The translations under genes and the position numbers were made by a program. A stretch of 59,579 nt of DNA from an uncultured virus (IMG/VR IMGVR_UViG_3300022602_000041) (taxonomy: Duplodnaviria > Heunggongvirae > Uroviricota > Caudoviricetes), in the IMG/VR virus record IMGVR_UViG_3300022602_000041; one strand, written 5' to 3'. Below the pieces are notes generated by a model. It made no database searches. It worked only from the letters and a program-made list of their open reading frames with translations, and was not told where the DNA came from. Shown here one piece after another: positions 57,740-59,579 of the stretch (within the stretch, counting starts at the first letter, position 1; every line of letters starts with the position of its first letter).

Positions 57740-58728
57740 ATTTTATCACTCTTATATTTTGCTTGAAAAGGTTCTGCGTATGATTGAATATTATCTGCAA
57801 TTTTCTTCATATCCCATGCATTACAGAATTTTAACATACGGATGCCAACTTGGTCTACTGATTTAGGTACAGCATTAGTCTTAATTGTTTCTTTAATCTT
57901 TTCTTTAATATCTGCTGGTTGTGCTGTCAAATCACATAGTTGTACATTGCGTTGATAATCTTCTAAGACTCTGTGTTCGACTCCATTGTGGTCGACCCAC
58001 CTCTGAAGCATAAGATTGTTCCACGCAAATCCGCGGCTTTTACGGTCTTCGAACGCTTCAGTAAGACCAACTTTGTTTTTAGAACCTTTAGTACGCACAC
58101 CTGGATACGCCGAGAAGACATTATCACTAGTATCACCACGCATACATTTCTCGAATAGCATCCACTCTGGGTCTTGTGCTGGCTTTGGCTCGCCTGTTTT
58201 CTTGTCTTTAACGGGTTTACCTTTGGCATCAAAGATTCCTTCGTGTGTAATATGCAAGTCACCTACACCATTATATTGACTAACTGTCGGACTTACTAAC
58301 TGTGCAAAATCTCCATCTGTTGAAATAATAACGTGTTTTGCATCTGGATGTGCCTGTACCCACCCTGCAATCAAATCATCTGCTTCTAAGTTTTCATGAC
58401 GCATTACAGTACAATTGGTCTTTTCTGTAATAAAGTTTTTAAACTCATCAAATGCTTCCCAGAACAATTTATCCTCGTCTTGTTCTTTTTGGGTCATAGC
58501 CGCACGAGTTTCTTGCCTATTTGCTTTATAAGGCTTGTAATAGTCTTTGCGCCAGCTACGACCTTCGAGGCAGAATACTACATGAGTGCCGCCAAAATCT
58601 TGCCATGCCTTTTTAATACTATTAAACGTGATGTGAAAAGCCATGCCGAGTTTAATATCGGCACTACCTTGTACCACATGACGGGCACGAAAAAATGTAT
58701 TTGCTGTGTCAACGATAATATAAGTCAT
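57736..58728 (-). CDS. rnh: T4 RNase H-like 5'-3' exonuclease (flap endonuclease family)
   Basis: IVDTAN.F.RA, SWRK..Y.PYKANR, EADD.IA, IISTDGDF.QL, GD.SDNV...PGV. Confidence 0.9.
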   Translation of the reverse strand: MTYIIVDTANTFFRARHVVQGSADIKLGMAFHITFNSIKKAWQDFGGTHVVFCLEGRSWRKDYYKPYKANRQETRAAMTQKEQDEDKLFWEAFDEFKNFITEKTNCTVMRHENLEADDLIAGWVQAHPDAKHVIISTDGDFAQLVSPTVSQYNGVGDLHITHEGIFDAKGKPVKDKKTGEPKPAQDPEWMLFEKCMRGDTSDNVFSAYPGVRTKGSKNKVGLTEAFEDRKSRGFAWNNLMLQRWVDHNGVEHRVLEDYQRNVQLCDLTAQPADIKEKIKETIKTNAVPKSVDQVGIRMLKFCNAWDMKKIADNIQSYAEPFQAKYKSDKI

Positions 58729-59156
58729 TCTACTTGAGCTCTGCCGTTAGGCAATTTACTAATGTTAATAAACCCTGCACTAGATCTTTGGGGATCTTGT
58801 CCAGCCTCGATAAGCATGTTTGCGGCCAGTTCTCTAAACCAACGATCTACAATTTCTTCTTCTGGATCGCCATCAAAACCGTAACCTGCTTGTTTCAATT
58901 GTACTATAAACTCAGCGTTCCAGTCAAGCTCAAAAAAGCCATTTCTGACATTATCTTTGTTCACATGTGTATCTAGAACAGTAACATATGGTTCACCTCT
59001 TTCGGTAGCACGTTCTTTTGGAGACATTTGTGCTAATTTGGCCGCTTGTTCGGCTTCTCTAGCTGTATTCATAGCTACTTCCGTGGCAGCCAATGCTTCT
59101 TCTTTTTGTTTCTCGATTTTATCGATACCGAACAGACGTTTAATTAAGTTTTTCAT
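58725..59156 (-). CDS. Hypothetical protein
   Basis: 143 aa, GFFELDWN.EF, IVDRWF; coupled to rnh. Confidence 0.75.
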   Translation of the reverse strand: MKNLIKRLFGIDKIEKQKEEALAATEVAMNTAREAEQAAKLAQMSPKERATERGEPYVTVLDTHVNKDNVRNGFFELDWNAEFIVQLKQAGYGFDGDPEEEIVDRWFRELAANMLIEAGQDPQRSSAGFINISKLPNGRAQVE

Positions 59157-59292
59157 TTTTATCCTTACATGTACAATTACGTCCTTGATTACAATTGCCT
59201 GTGCAACTGCTTGGCGGAATACCTTTTATAAATTGATACACCAACAATATTATAATTGCCCACCCAATTGTAAAACAAAGCATAAAGAACAT
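59140..59292 (-). CDS. Small membrane protein with a Cys-rich tail
   Basis: Hydrophobic N-terminal helix then CTGNCNQGRNCTC; ATG 59292 overlaps the queE stop (TAATG). Confidence 0.55.
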   Translation of the reverse strand: MFFMLCFTIGWAIIILLVYQFIKGIPPSSCTGNCNQGRNCTCKDKNEKLN

Positions 59293-59579
59293 TATGTACC
59301 CCATTCGTTCTTGAACAATGGCACTTGTAGTCGATCGCTGTAACGCCAACCTCGTTTCATTGCGGCAAGGGCAACAGACCTAGCATTGAGAGTGTACACA
59401 GACTCAACACCACCGACAGGCATAAGGTATACGTGACCTGTAAAGCCCGCTTTTCTAAATTCGTCAACTGCTCGTTCTGCATCTTTAATGTCCTCTTCTG
59501 TTGCTACTACTAATTTCAAATATGCTGTTCCGACTTCTTCGTATGTACAAACAATCTCGGGCTTAATTGCATCTTCCCA
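59292..59579 (-). CDS. queE: QueE-like radical SAM enzyme (7-carboxy-7-deazaguanine synthase), C-terminal fragment
   Basis: Frame is open to the window edge: ...AYLKLVV.TEED...VYLMPVGG...GWRYSDRLQVPLFKNEWGT, matching the QueE C-terminal LKxVV / YLMP / RL pattern. The CxxxCxxC motif lies outside the window. Confidence 0.7.
   Translation of the reverse strand, partial: WEDAIKPEIVCTYEEVGTAYLKLVVATEEDIKDAERAVDEFRKAGFTGHVYLMPVGGVESVYTLNARSVALAAMKRGWRYSDRLQVPLFKNEWGT

Noticed and set aside
8476..58976. Other short antisense or nested ORFs in the track
   Set aside because: All lie within well-supported genes on the opposite strand or in another frame and show no independent signals.
1..59579. Stop-codon reassignment
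   Set aside because: Genes, including a 16.4-kb ORF, are intact and densely packed under the standard code.

Overview
This window is part of an AT-rich, large, T4-like (contractile-tailed) phage genome that reads cleanly in the standard bacterial code. From left to right it holds: (1) a partial tape-measure gene (minus strand, missed by the ORF track) divergent from a gp26-like hub chaperone; (2) two candidate internal head proteins; (3) a ~480-nt non-coding, highly structured interval; (4) a minus-strand operon of gp55 late sigma, gp47/gp46 (Mre11/Rad50), a small basic protein and a GIY-YIG EndoII-like nuclease; (5) a ~35-kb late baseplate/tail-fibre module (gp48/54-, gp53-, gp27-, gp5-, gp25-, gp6-like genes, a 5454-aa giant protein, several fibre genes and a sedolisin S53 protease); (6) four glycosyltransferase-like genes; (7) a minus-strand block with thyX, a MoxR-AAA/vWA-metallopeptidase pair, a flavin-dependent halogenase, RNase H and partial queE. 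The best leads are a candidate large pseudoknotted ncRNA directly downstream of the GIY-YIG nuclease and a -1 frameshift (T_TTT_TTC) that would fuse the gp26-like ORF to an unannotated downstream ORF. All family assignments come from motif recognition by eye; no database searches were run.
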